From a virus, in IMG/VR virus record IMGVR_UViG_3300008267_000019, positions 20,122 through 84,121 of that record: a DNA stretch of 64,000 nucleotides; one strand, 5' to 3'. The position numbers and the translations under genes are program-made. How positions within the stretch are numbered: the stretch's first letter is position 1; the number at the start of each line of letters is the position of its first letter. The notes under the pieces are model-generated. The model saw only the letters and a list, made by a program, of their open reading frames with translations. It made no database searches and was not told the origin of the DNA. Of the stretch, positions 38,800 to 49,059 are shown in pieces.

Positions 38800-39824
38800 A
38801 ACTCAATATACATTTCTCCATCATTATCATAATACTCCATAGGATATTCCCAAGCATTGTTGTTCATAGCGTACTCATATCTTAACATTGCTTGTTCAAA
38901 ACCATCTAAAGATTTGCCATTAGACAAAGTTCCCCCAGAAAATCCTATATCAAGAACTTTTTGATTTACTATAAAAACCATAGGAGAATTAAAAAGATTT
39001 TTTTCTACAACAATATATAAAAAGTCAGAAATCTTATAATCTTTATCTAAATACTTAGCAATATCATCATGAAGAGTAAGGCCATATTTATACACAGCTG
39101 CTTGGAAATCATATCTATAATACCAAAAATCAGAATTAAATCCTAAAACACTTTTACCTGTAGATTTAAAATCTATAGGAATAATAGTTTTATCATTATG
39201 ATCTATAATTACTCTGTCTAACTCGCCTTTAATATTATAACCTCGCCAATTAAATTCTATAATAAATTTATCTAAGATATCTCTGTTAGATTTAGCTTTT
39301 TTTACTACAAACTCCCTAGTGTATTTATCACTGGACAATGCCATTTTACAAGCTACTGCTTTAGCATACTCAGTTTCTGATACTACTATTTTTCCTATAG
39401 TATTTTTTATTTCTTCAAAATAGCCGTTACCTAATTCTATGATTTTATTTACCCTAGTTTCCTCTTTCCATACAGGATATAGACCTAGATAATTACAATG
39501 CTGCAAAATTAAGTCTCTCATAGAATCTAGAGTCACATTAGTAAGATCCATATTTAGACTATTGCATTCTTCAATAATATTATCTATCACTGATTTTACT
39601 GATTCAGTACATTTAATAGCGTCATCTACTACGGCATATTTACTTTCAAATTCTTCTTTTGTACCAGTAAGCATGATGTCTAATATAGAACCAAATATAA
39701 AATGGTCTTCAGTAGTTTTTCTGTTTTCTTGTTGAGCCTTTTTTGCTTGCAAATAACTTTGAGGACTCTCAAGAATTTTCTTTAGACTACTTTGATTTAG
39801 TGCATCTATTTCTCTATACTCCAT
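38796..39824 (-). CDS. PD-(D/E)XK exonuclease (RecE/ExoVIII-like)
   Basis: S.LK....SP, FGS..D, KGELD...IDFKST and Y.YDFQAAVY motifs. Confidence 0.82.
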   Translation of the reverse strand: MEYREIDALNQSSLKKILESPQSYLQAKKAQQENRKTTEDHFIFGSILDIMLTGTKEEFESKYAVVDDAIKCTESVKSVIDNIIEECNSLNMDLTNVTLDSMRDLILQHCNYLGLYPVWKEETRVNKIIELGNGYFEEIKNTIGKIVVSETEYAKAVACKMALSSDKYTREFVVKKAKSNRDILDKFIIEFNWRGYNIKGELDRVIIDHNDKTIIPIDFKSTGKSVLGFNSDFWYYRYDFQAAVYKYGLTLHDDIAKYLDKDYKISDFLYIVVEKNLFNSPMVFIVNQKVLDIGFSGGTLSNGKSLDGFEQAMLRYEYAMNNNAWEYPMEYYDNDGEMYIEL

Positions 39825-40318
39825 TATCTTTTAATTGTTTTAAGTTTATATACTAATTTTCTATCTTTTAGGTTATTGACAGGAATAAATTCATAGGTAG
39901 TGCGACGAAGATACTCCACAGTATCATCGGGAAGAATTCCTTTCTTAATTAACACGTCATCTAGGCATTTAAGCCAGATGAGTGCTAGATTACCAATATC
40001 CCAATTAGGTTTATAACCTTCAGGAGCAGGTCTCCATTGCACTTTTCTTTTATTAGTTTCCTTGTCTAAAACCATTTTCATGTTTCCAAAATTTATTGGA
40101 GCATATACAGTAAGCCTTGTTTCAACAGGTCCTTGAATAGTAAGATTCTCAGGAATATGTTTTTCTATATATCCATGCATGGCTGCCACTAGGGCAGCTC
40201 TTGTAGTATAATGTGCTGATGCATGAATTTTATTATAGCCTATTTTAACCCAGATCTTTTTGCTTTGTGGAATATGCGTGATAAATTCTGGAAATTCTAA
40301 TTTGAGTTCACTTACCAT
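39824..40318 (-). CDS. RusA-like Holliday junction resolvase
   Basis: WDIGNL...K...D.L...GILPDD pattern of the RusA family. Confidence 0.65.
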   Translation of the reverse strand: MVSELKLEFPEFITHIPQSKKIWVKIGYNKIHASAHYTTRAALVAAMHGYIEKHIPENLTIQGPVETRLTVYAPINFGNMKMVLDKETNKRKVQWRPAPEGYKPNWDIGNLALIWLKCLDDVLIKKGILPDDTVEYLRRTTYEFIPVNNLKDRKLVYKLKTIKR

Positions 40319-40335
40319 AATTTTTAAATTTTAAT

Positions 40336-41493
40336 TTATAGCCAAGTTAAGGATTCAGGAGTAGTATCGTCACTATTTTCCTGTGCAATCTCTTCTTGCA
40401 CAGTAGGAACAAACTCAGCCATTGTTTTAAATTCATAATTATGATTTAAAAATGCTTTTAACTCGTCACTGATAGTAATAGATTTTACTTTGAAAGCTGC
40501 TTGATTGCCACCATGTATAATTTCACCCGCATATCTATGCATCAGTATATCTAAAGCTTCTACAGTTAATACTCCTTTATCTTTTAAACTTTGGATTATT
40601 GTGTCTAAATGACTAGAAAAACTATATCTATCTTTGCCCAAATAAGTTAGTAAGCTCTTGAAATTCACATGGTTCTTAGTATTAGAATTGTGCATTACAT
40701 TTCCATATTCTTTAAACAAAATATGTATATACAGCAAGCTCTCTTTGTATTTACTATTAGCCATAATTTCCATAGCAATTACATGATTATCTTGATCAGA
40801 ACTTTTAAACATAGTGCTTAATTGATCAAATACTTCAGAATCTATTAATATAGCATCGTCGCTATTTAGTTTATCAATTAACCCTGTTTCATGTGTAATA
40901 ATTCTATCTTCTAAATCTTTTGCTAAATCATAATATTCAGAATGTACTTCATATAAATAATCAGATTCTCTACATTGATAAGCAACTGCTCCAGGATTTA
41001 TTATGGAACTTTTATAGCATTCTAAATTAGCATCACTAATAAAATTTATAGACTGCCAATCTGAATATACATAATTTAAAGTATAAAATTCTAAAGCAGT
41101 AACTATATTATCATATTCATGAACATCTAAATGAGGCTTTAATGCTTCTACACAATCTTTAAAAGCATTAGTTTTAATTTTATATAACCATTTAGATTCT
41201 GATAATTTACTCTCAGTATTCTTTCCACCAAATATAACAGTAGCATTATTTACATCTCTAGCTATAGAAATATTGTAGTCTAAGATTAACTCTTTAACTT
41301 TTACTCTAGGAATATTTACACCAGGTAAAAAATATAATTTATCACCTATTTTAGGAGTATAATCCTGTTGTACAATTTTTAAAGAGTTTCTTTTAGAAAA
41401 AGCACCTACCATGTCTATTTTTATAGAGAAATACCCAATTTTTCCAGAAGTCTCAACACCTGCGTCTATATTAAATTTTAAACAATTTTCCAT
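40336..41493 (-). CDS. Hypothetical protein, probable partner of the MoxR/vWA pair
   Basis: 385 aa directly downstream of the AAA ATPase and vWA genes. Confidence 0.5.
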   Translation of the reverse strand: MENCLKFNIDAGVETSGKIGYFSIKIDMVGAFSKRNSLKIVQQDYTPKIGDKLYFLPGVNIPRVKVKELILDYNISIARDVNNATVIFGGKNTESKLSESKWLYKIKTNAFKDCVEALKPHLDVHEYDNIVTALEFYTLNYVYSDWQSINFISDANLECYKSSIINPGAVAYQCRESDYLYEVHSEYYDLAKDLEDRIITHETGLIDKLNSDDAILIDSEVFDQLSTMFKSSDQDNHVIAMEIMANSKYKESLLYIHILFKEYGNVMHNSNTKNHVNFKSLLTYLGKDRYSFSSHLDTIIQSLKDKGVLTVEALDILMHRYAGEIIHGGNQAAFKVKSITISDELKAFLNHNYEFKTMAEFVPTVQEEIAQENSDDTTPESLTWL

Positions 41494-41502
41494 AATTTTT
41501 AA

Positions 41503-42672
41503 TTATTTAATAGCCATTTGAGCTACTTTAGGATTTAACATTAATTTGCTAAACTTAGGTTTGTTACCATTAAGTAATTCTTTAATGACATAATATTTTA
41601 AGTCATCAGTAAATACCTTGGCATCAGTAGTAAGTTTTGTAAGTCTATCTATAACATCTTGAGAAATAGATTTAGTAGTTGCTTGAGTTAGGCAATAATT
41701 TATAACCCTAGTTGCAATAACACTAGATAAATCAGCTCTAAAATCATCATCTTCTCCTATTAAGTTCTTTAAAGACCCCATTACATAGACTTCGTCCTTA
41801 GTCAAGATATCTTCAGGAGATAAGATTTTATCTAGTTTATTATTAATAAACATAGTAAACATAGAACTAAAATCATAGCCTACAGAACCTTCACCAATCA
41901 TCTGAATCAGCGGCAACTCTTCCTCAAATTTTTCTATAGAACTAATAGAGTTAAAGAACGTAGTAATAGATCTTGGATTAACCTTTTGAGTTACTAACTC
42001 AGGATTCATCAACATGAAATTAATACAACGATTATCTATCTCTACTTCTTCTGCCCAACGAGCCCATACTTTCTCGTCAAACTTTAGATCTACAGAAATA
42101 AATCTAGTTTGTTGCGCAACGTCTAAGCTAGTAACATTATAGTCGCCATTGTCAGGATTAGTAGTTAATACAACATGCCAATTTTTAGGTAACTTCCAGG
42201 AAATATATTCTTGCCTATCACAAATTTCCATTACTGCTTGCATAAATCTATGATCAGCACGAGTAAAATCGTCTAGGATTAATATACCACCTTCGCCTTT
42301 ACCTTCGATCCATTCTGGCGCAGCATGAGACATCCTTTTACCTACTACTCTATAACCTTTAGCACTTGCTGTTTCAATTTCTTGCTCAGTAATCCATAGA
42401 GTTTTACCTTCTGAATTTTTAACTTGAAACTCTTTAATAGGAAAGCCGATTAAGTCACCCAATTCTTCTAGTTGAGAAAGATTTAACTTAACTACATTTA
42501 AGTTTAACTCTTTACCTAACTGCAAAATACTAGAAGTTTTACCAAGACCAGCATCACCAGAGATATTTACAGTCACAGGAACTTTTCCTTGGTTTTGAAT
42601 AAATTGATTGTTTTTAACAATATGCTTCATGAAGCTTTTTAATTCATCTACATTTAATTGTATTTGATTCAT
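41503..42672 (-). CDS. MoxR-like AAA+ ATPase
   Basis: Walker A GDAGLGKT, Walker B ILILDD, TTNP sensor, D.AQ.TRF and NPRS. Confidence 0.85.
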   Translation of the reverse strand: MNQIQLNVDELKSFMKHIVKNNQFIQNQGKVPVTVNISGDAGLGKTSSILQLGKELNLNVVKLNLSQLEELGDLIGFPIKEFQVKNSEGKTLWITEQEIETASAKGYRVVGKRMSHAAPEWIEGKGEGGILILDDFTRADHRFMQAVMEICDRQEYISWKLPKNWHVVLTTNPDNGDYNVTSLDVAQQTRFISVDLKFDEKVWARWAEEVEIDNRCINFMLMNPELVTQKVNPRSITTFFNSISSIEKFEEELPLIQMIGEGSVGYDFSSMFTMFINNKLDKILSPEDILTKDEVYVMGSLKNLIGEDDDFRADLSSVIATRVINYCLTQATTKSISQDVIDRLTKLTTDAKVFTDDLKYYVIKELLNGNKPKFSKLMLNPKVAQMAIK

Positions 42673-42684
42673 AGTTTTAATTTT

Positions 42685-43863
42685 TTAAAGTTCTAATTTT
42701 ATTACTTTGCCAGGAAGGCTGTTATTTAATTCTGATTTTTCTGATAATACCCAAAGAATATCTTTATTAGGCTTTAGACTAGTGTCACATTCACCGTCAG
42801 TAAAATAGATTAAGCTAGTATATTCTTTGTGTTGCATATAATATTCTAACACAGGGTCAAAACTAGTTCCACCACGGCCAGAGACTTTTAACTCAAACTT
42901 GCCTTTATAATCTTCTATACTATTAATTTTAGTGTCACATTGTATAATAGTAATATCTACTCCTGCTTTATGTAAATGATAAATCTCATTCATAAATTCT
43001 TTTAATTCATCATTACTTACTGAACCAGAAGTGTCGATACCTAATAGCATCTTTTGGCGCATTTTAATCTTCAGACCTGGATTGTCAGAGTATCTTTTGT
43101 TATCTTTTCTACGAAGTTTTTTAGTAAATATTTTAGTGCTTACACCAGTATACCTTCTAATATATCCTCGCCAATCAAACTTAGGTTTTAAGATTTCTTC
43201 GATAATTATCAATCCCTCTATTTCTCCAGGAACATGGCCGCGTTTTTTAAGAGTCTCTTCTTTAGCATCAGACATTAGTTTTTGAACTTGTCGCTCAATT
43301 AACTTTTGCTCAGCTTCAGATAAATCTTCAAACTCTTCCCAAGTGCTATGATCAGGTAAATTGCCATTATCTAGATCATCTAAAAGCTTATCCATGTTCT
43401 CATTACCAGAAGTTCCAGTTTTATCTTTTTGATCTTTAAAATCTCTTAGCTTATCATAATAATATCTACAGCCTGCTTTGCGATCTAATTTTAGATCTTC
43501 ATAGTTATCTATATCAATGCCGCCTTCGGGAAGATATTCTTTATTGATATATTGATTAATCTCCATATCCATAGCTACGTTAGCAAGTTTACGATCAGAG
43601 AATTTAAAGAATATACCTAGATGATTAAAAGCAATATGAAGCAGCTCATGTTTTAATAAACCTAATTTGTGATCATCAGATAAACTATCCCAAAACTCAG
43701 GATTAATAGCAAGTTGATAGTTAATACTATTTTTACTAACACCCGCAGTAGGAAGATTATTACGCCAGACTTTATTTAGTTTAATCAAAAAGAGCCCGTA
43801 ATAGGGCTCCTTAAGTATTAAATCCTTGCTGATTTTACTCAGCGATTCAACTTTATCTCTCAT
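42685..43863 (-). CDS. HExxH metallopeptidase fused to a vWA domain (DUF2201-type)
   Basis: HELLH, N.AMD.EINQ, MIDAS motif DTSGS, GGT.F and FTDG. Confidence 0.85.
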   Translation of the reverse strand: MRDKVESLSKISKDLILKEPYYGLFLIKLNKVWRNNLPTAGVSKNSINYQLAINPEFWDSLSDDHKLGLLKHELLHIAFNHLGIFFKFSDRKLANVAMDMEINQYINKEYLPEGGIDIDNYEDLKLDRKAGCRYYYDKLRDFKDQKDKTGTSGNENMDKLLDDLDNGNLPDHSTWEEFEDLSEAEQKLIERQVQKLMSDAKEETLKKRGHVPGEIEGLIIIEEILKPKFDWRGYIRRYTGVSTKIFTKKLRRKDNKRYSDNPGLKIKMRQKMLLGIDTSGSVSNDELKEFMNEIYHLHKAGVDITIIQCDTKINSIEDYKGKFELKVSGRGGTSFDPVLEYYMQHKEYTSLIYFTDGECDTSLKPNKDILWVLSEKSELNNSLPGKVIKLEL

Positions 43864-43868
43864 AATTT

Positions 43869-44042
43869 CTACATACTATGTAAAAAATCATTCATAGTAT
43901 CTACAGCTTCTGAATATCCTTCTGCTTTACATTCATTAGCCAAATCTTCTACTTTTTCTATGATTTCTTCTTTTAATTCATCTGTTAATGTTTGGATATT
44001 TAGTTCTCTAATCCAATCAATAAAATTATCTAAATCTCTCAT
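43869..44042 (-). CDS. Small acidic hypothetical protein, 57 aa (not in ORF track)
   Basis: MRDLDNFIDWIRELNIQ...FLHSM* exactly fills the gap between its neighbours. Confidence 0.6.
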   Translation of the reverse strand: MRDLDNFIDWIRELNIQTLTDELKEEIIEKVEDLANECKAEGYSEAVDTMNDFLHSM

Positions 44043-44043
44043 A

Positions 44044-44226
44044 TTACAATTTGTTTAATTCTTTAATTACTTCTTCCCATTTAACTTTATCTTCTATAGG
44101 AGCTAATGTTTTAATAGTTTCTGCTTGTTTAATAGCTTCTTCAACTGCTTTTTCTTCTCCACAAAGACTTTTATAACTAGAATATAGCTGCAAAGCTTTG
44201 TTTCTAGAAAATATTTTAATATTCAT
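44044..44226 (-). CDS. Hypothetical protein
   Basis: 60 aa ORF overlapping the primase stop. Confidence 0.5.
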   Translation of the reverse strand: MNIKIFSRNKALQLYSSYKSLCGEEKAVEEAIKQAETIKTLAPIEDKVKWEEVIKELNKL

Positions 44227-45224
44227 AAATCTTTAATTTTTTCATTAATAATTTCTACAGATTTTTTGATTCCTAGTTTCTTAACTAAATCACTAAAGTC
44301 AGTAACACCAGGTAATTCAGGCACAAAAAAATGAGGTATATTATATTTATTTGTGAAATTTTCAGATAACTTAATACCTGCAGCATCATTGTCAAATAGA
44401 CAAATTACTTTAGAAAATCTAGATTTATATTCATCCATTACAGAGTCTTTCATTAAGACACTCTCTGACTGTAAGCCAATAGCAGATATTCCTAAACAAT
44501 CATGGATACTCATTACATCTTTAAGAGATTTTGTTATAATTAACAACTTTCCTTTACTAGGCAATTGAGTATAACCTTGATGTACAGAATAATTAGCATT
44601 GTTAATCCATTTCTTTAATTTACTTTCAAAGGGTTGATAGATTTTATAGCTAACTCTATTATCTTTTAACTCTACATATGCATAAGCATATTCAGCTGCT
44701 TTTACCGCAGTGTCATTATAGAAAATATAATCAACAGGATGAACATTAAATTTTTCTAAAGTACTCTTTTTAATTCCAAAACTAGACCAATAATTTTTGT
44801 CCTTAACTAACCATGCTCTTGATTTTATGCCAAGCTTTACGCTTTCTTTATCTACTATTCTTGTATAGTTTACAGTTTGTTTTGTAAGATCTATATTAAA
44901 GTTTGCTAGTTTTAAATCATAAGCAATCTTTTTTAGAGCAATAGGATAATCAACATTAAACATCTTCATTACTAAAACTACAAAATCGCCACAATCTTGA
45001 GTAGCGAAATCTTTAAACATTAAAATGTTTCGATGATGTTTATGAAAATATAAAGCAAAAGATGGAATATTATCTTCACGCAAAGGACTATGAAATACCC
45101 CTAAAGAATTAATATCTTCTCCTAAATAAAAAGAAAAGATTTCTTCTTGAGTAATGTGTTTTAATATATCTTCTCTAGTAATTTGAGAATTATATTCAAT
45201 AGAATTAAGATTTATATTCTCCAT
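44223..45224 (-). CDS. dnaG: DNA primase (DnaG/TOPRIM, crAss type)
   Basis: SPLREDNIPSF and FKDF...GD N-terminal domain; ITKSLKDVM and FDND.AG TOPRIM motifs. Confidence 0.85.
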   Translation of the reverse strand: MENINLNSIEYNSQITREDILKHITQEEIFSFYLGEDINSLGVFHSPLREDNIPSFALYFHKHHRNILMFKDFATQDCGDFVVLVMKMFNVDYPIALKKIAYDLKLANFNIDLTKQTVNYTRIVDKESVKLGIKSRAWLVKDKNYWSSFGIKKSTLEKFNVHPVDYIFYNDTAVKAAEYAYAYVELKDNRVSYKIYQPFESKLKKWINNANYSVHQGYTQLPSKGKLLIITKSLKDVMSIHDCLGISAIGLQSESVLMKDSVMDEYKSRFSKVICLFDNDAAGIKLSENFTNKYNIPHFFVPELPGVTDFSDLVKKLGIKKSVEIINEKIKDL

Positions 45225-45227
45225 AAG

Positions 45228-45259
45228 AAAAAAAGAGAGGGACGTTAGTGCCCCTCTCT
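45228..45259 (-). terminator. Intrinsic terminator
   Basis: AGAGAGGG/CCCTCTCT stem followed by a U-tract on the - strand, downstream of ORF 45281..45880. Confidence 0.7.
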
Positions 45260-45280
45260 GTAAAGTTAATTAGTTTTTAA

Positions 45281-45880
45281 TCACCAATCATCTCCAGCAA
45301 CAAGATCGTTTGCATTTGCTGGCCCACTAGTAGGAGTTACAAAAGAATCTTCTTGTACTCTATCCATTGCGTCAAGATCTCCTCTTTTCAATCTAGTTTC
45401 AGCGATATTCACTGTCATTGGCTCCAAGAAAGGAACCCAAGAACGAGGTTGAATATATTTCTTAACACTAGAAGTAGTACCGTAATTAGCAAATACTCTA
45501 AACTTAACACCAGAAGCAAGGCCATCACGAATGATTTTCATACAACCGTCTAGCAATTCACGAGCAGAACTAAAGTTAGGAAATGCATAAGACCCACCAT
45601 AAATTGCGTGGATAACATGCTTAAGAACTTTACCTTGTTTTTGAATTTGCTCTGCTACAGTAGAATACTCAGTATCTTTTTCTACATACCAGAAAGAGGT
45701 ATTACAAGCACCACCATTTGCATCAGTAAAAGTTAACTTATATTCTGGAGAAGTATCCTTGTCTTCAGGTTTTCTCTTATTAACAGTTAAGGTTACATTT
45801 TCAGCAATACCTGCTTTACCATCGTTAAAAATTGCTACGCCTTCTTTTGCATCAAACGATGCGTCATTTAAATTAATCAT
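45281..45880 (-). CDS. Putative single-stranded DNA-binding protein
   Basis: 199 aa beta-rich protein with an acidic/aromatic C-terminal tail (AGDDW), located between the Sak4-like ATPase and primase. Confidence 0.5.
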   Translation of the reverse strand: MINLNDASFDAKEGVAIFNDGKAGIAENVTLTVNKRKPEDKDTSPEYKLTFTDANGGACNTSFWYVEKDTEYSTVAEQIQKQGKVLKHVIHAIYGGSYAFPNFSSARELLDGCMKIIRDGLASGVKFRVFANYGTTSSVKKYIQPRSWVPFLEPMTVNIAETRLKRGDLDAMDRVQEDSFVTPTSGPANANDLVAGDDW

Positions 45881-45907
45881 TGTTTATTTGTTTTAAAAAA
45901 TTAATAA

Positions 45908-46513
45908 TTACCACACATTTTCTTGAGTATCACCACTCGCAGTTTCTGTTTCATAAAGATCTTCTATCGGACCTGTTTCATATGTATCAGAATCAAATTT
46001 AGTTTCTGATATTCCTTCATAATCTTCTACACTAGGTACACTAGATAAATCTGCAGTTAAATCTTCTACATCAGAAACTTCTCCTAATTGTGTATTAGTA
46101 AATTGAGCAACTTCAGTAGTAGGCTCTAAGAAAGTCATACTACAAACTCCTGCACCAATAGTATCAGCTACAGAATGAAGTGCAAAATCATTTTCTACAG
46201 AGTTATCTAAATTCAATCTTTTAGAAATAAACTCATAAGTTTTCTTATCGCTAAGAGTACAAGTTTTAGTTAATTGAAAACCTGCTTCTCCATCCGCTTT
46301 ACGCAAGTAGATATTTTTCCCATCAGGTGTAAAGCCAAAAGATATTCTATCTTCTCCTTGAATTCCTAAAAGCTCTTGAGCAGCTTTATTAAAACTAAAT
46401 TTACGACCAGCTCCTGGTTTATCAATAGCTGACATTGTTACTGCGGCAAAGTTATACTTTTCTTCTTTGCGTTTTCTTTGTGCGGGTACTCCACCCCAAA
46501 TGATTCCTTCCAT
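45908..46513 (-). CDS. Hypothetical protein with acidic tail
   Basis: 201 aa; FSFNKAAQELLGI...I.F beta pattern; D/E-rich C-terminus. Confidence 0.55.
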   Translation of the reverse strand: MEGIIWGGVPAQRKRKEEKYNFAAVTMSAIDKPGAGRKFSFNKAAQELLGIQGEDRISFGFTPDGKNIYLRKADGEAGFQLTKTCTLSDKKTYEFISKRLNLDNSVENDFALHSVADTIGAGVCSMTFLEPTTEVAQFTNTQLGEVSDVEDLTADLSSVPSVEDYEGISETKFDSDTYETGPIEDLYETETASGDTQENVW

Positions 46514-46542
46514 TTGTTTTGTTTTTGATTTTAATTGTTAAT

Positions 46543-47217
46543 TTAAATTGAATAATATTCACGAATTGCGTTGTTAACTACTATTAGATCATTGTCAATA
46601 GTAGATTCCTCAAACATTTCTAGAGGAGTTTTACAAGTATCAGAACCAGAAGACACAGTTCTAAATACGTGTTTGTTTGGTTGCCCAGGTGTTTTGATAA
46701 TTTCTGCATATAGAACTATAGTGCTGAATGACTCAGGCACAAAACGCTCTAGCATTTTACCTTGTACACCAATACGTTCAGTAGAAAAACCATTCTCATC
46801 ATAATGCGTTTCTGGATGAGCAAATAGATAAACAATAATATCTTCTCGCATAGAATCATTGATAAAGTTTATCAAATCATACTGCGCAGAAGCCATCTTT
46901 GTCCATTTATCAAAACCTTTTTCTGCACGAAAGCTTGGGTTCATGATAGCATCAGTCATGATTCTAGACCAAGTGTCAATAATAATAGTTTTGACATTAG
47001 GAAGATCATTGACTTTTTTCAGTGTTGCTAACACTACATTTACATCAGAAGTCTTGCGATAATTGCGTTTTTCTTCATTGTATTTTAAATTGAATTGCTT
47101 AAACGGAAGAGCTTTCTGATCCGTATTAATAATTACAGTCTCTTCAGGATTTAGATTTCTTAGAGACGTTGATTTACCCATCCCTGATTTACCTACCAGG
47201 AATACTAATTGACCCAT
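46543..47217 (-). CDS. Sak4-like (AAA_24) P-loop ATPase/recombinase
   Basis: GKSGMGKST, IIIDT, AH and KTP..MF motifs. Confidence 0.8.
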   Translation of the reverse strand: MGQLVFLVGKSGMGKSTSLRNLNPEETVIINTDQKALPFKQFNLKYNEEKRNYRKTSDVNVVLATLKKVNDLPNVKTIIIDTWSRIMTDAIMNPSFRAEKGFDKWTKMASAQYDLINFINDSMREDIIVYLFAHPETHYDENGFSTERIGVQGKMLERFVPESFSTIVLYAEIIKTPGQPNKHVFRTVSSGSDTCKTPLEMFEESTIDNDLIVVNNAIREYYSI

Positions 47218-47263
47218 AAATAATTGATTTTAAATTGTTTAACTACATTAAAGATACGAAAAT

Positions 47264-47560
47264 TTAGCTTAAATCCCTAATTTCTTGACGTATTTCTTTC
47301 TCTCGTTTAGTCTTTCTTTTCTGCCATAACTTACCTCTCAGATGTGGATGCTCTTCTTGTACTTTGCGTGATGCTCTACCAAATGCATCCATGTACGGTA
47401 TTACTCTTTGCTCCATATCTTTTAGAAAATCTTTAGCAGATTTAGAAAAGTCATAGTTTATTTCAATGAGATAATGATAATACAATCTTTCATTAGAATC
47501 TCTTAACTCAGGATGATTAGATAGCTTGTTCTTCACCCATTGATACTTGTCCTTTATCAT
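47264..47560 (-). CDS. Hypothetical basic protein
   Basis: 98 aa; PELRDS..L and R..RKVQEEHP.LRG pattern. Confidence 0.6.
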   Translation of the reverse strand: MIKDKYQWVKNKLSNHPELRDSNERLYYHYLIEINYDFSKSAKDFLKDMEQRVIPYMDAFGRASRKVQEEHPHLRGKLWQKRKTKREKEIRQEIRDLS

Positions 47561-47993
47561 GTGTTACGACAGTAATTAATAAATGCTCTTGAAAATTCAA
47601 GATTTTTTTAATTGTTTCTACATTATACTTAGCGTCTTGTAATATAGGAAACAATACTTCTATGTAACTACCAGCCCTAATAGCTTCCATAGAAAGCTTT
47701 TTTAAACATGCTTTTAATGCAGAGTATTCATAGTTATCTCTTAATAACTCTGTATAAAAATTTAAGATAGTACCGTATTCAGTAGGAACTACAGAATAAT
47801 CTCCTAATCTATACAAAGCAGGCAAAGGAAATTCATTGTCTACTTCTATTATATCAGGAAATTCTTTAATTAATTCTTCAGAAAAATTATTCTTTAAATC
47901 TTTTACAGAATTAAAACTATGAACTAAAATTCCAGAATTACTTTCTTTAAAGAGACTTATTACATCTCCATTAACTTGTTTGACTATTGGCAT
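47517..47993 (-). CDS. Degenerate macrodomain-like protein
   Basis: GD.I.......I.H..N start, ...LG..S....I.NFYT and Y.AL..CL pattern of phage macrodomains; the Gly-rich ligand loops are missing. Confidence 0.5.
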   Translation of the reverse strand: MPIVKQVNGDVISLFKESNSGILVHSFNSVKDLKNNFSEELIKEFPDIIEVDNEFPLPALYRLGDYSVVPTEYGTILNFYTELLRDNYEYSALKACLKKLSMEAIRAGSYIEVLFPILQDAKYNVETIKKILNFQEHLLITVVTHDKGQVSMGEEQAI

Positions 47994-49059
47994 ATTGATT
48001 CTTTTTGTATTCGTTAATTTTCTTTAATTCTTCTGGTTGACCCAACAATTCATTAGCAGGTGGTAGTTGAGAATATCCGCCATACTCACCTATAAATAAA
48101 AAGCTAATTAATAAATTGACATCACCGTCTCTGTTTTTACATATTTTGGCCAATCTATAGCGATTTTTAAATTTAGTAATGTCATAACCTAAGCATTTAT
48201 CCACTTGATAATAAAATGGAGAAGCTAGGCCTATAGCAGTATTACAATCTTCTGCAACATTACCAGTATTTTTGATATCACTAAGCATTGGCATCCAGTT
48301 ATCATTCTCTCTACGATCCATTTGCTCAGAACCACGATTAATTTGTGAGATTACCACAGGACTAAAATTGAACATATTACGGAAAAATACTAGAGTCTTA
48401 GAAGCTTTATCTATAGCTTCCTTAACATCTTTATATTTTCCATAGTCTATTAAACCTATATGGTCAATAACAACAAGAGTTATTAAACCAGGATTATTAG
48501 GTATATATTCTATTATTAATCCATCGTCATTTCTGATTACTTTACCACGCTTTTCAGCATAAGTAATTAAATCTTTGTAGAGAAAGTCAGGGTTTAAGCT
48601 AGATCTATAATGCAGATATTTATTTTGAATTTCTTGCATACGTTTTTCATACAAAGGAATAAGTGCACTTATTTCAGGACGAATTCTTGCGTCGCCTCTT
48701 GATAGTATCTCATCCATTGAAGTTAGTATGCCGTGCTCTTTCCAAATTAAACCTGCAATATGTTTAGCTATTTGATTCTCAGGAGGGATCTCTAAAGAAT
48801 AATAGATAATCTCAATATCATGGATATAACCAGGATTATTTTGAATAAAATCTATTGCACCATAAACATAAGTAGAATTTACAAAAGCAGTTTTACCTAC
48901 ACTTGTACCCGCAAATACTAAATCATAACGACCTTGTTGAATATTCTTAATATGCTTACTTAAACTAGTAAAGCCTTGAAAAGGGATACCCGTATTCAAT
49001 CCCTTTTCACCTCTAGCTATACTATTTTTAAGCTTATCCCAATATTTAATCTTTGACAT
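47971..49059 (-). CDS. dnaB: Replicative DnaB-like helicase
   Basis: AGTSVGKT, YYSLE, VIDHIGL, SQINR, D.K.TG...ED and KNRDG motifs. Confidence 0.85.
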   Translation of the reverse strand: MSKIKYWDKLKNSIARGEKGLNTGIPFQGFTSLSKHIKNIQQGRYDLVFAGTSVGKTAFVNSTYVYGAIDFIQNNPGYIHDIEIIYYSLEIPPENQIAKHIAGLIWKEHGILTSMDEILSRGDARIRPEISALIPLYEKRMQEIQNKYLHYRSSLNPDFLYKDLITYAEKRGKVIRNDDGLIIEYIPNNPGLITLVVIDHIGLIDYGKYKDVKEAIDKASKTLVFFRNMFNFSPVVISQINRGSEQMDRRENDNWMPMLSDIKNTGNVAEDCNTAIGLASPFYYQVDKCLGYDITKFKNRYRLAKICKNRDGDVNLLISFLFIGEYGGYSQLPPANELLGQPEELKKINEYKKNQYANSQTS

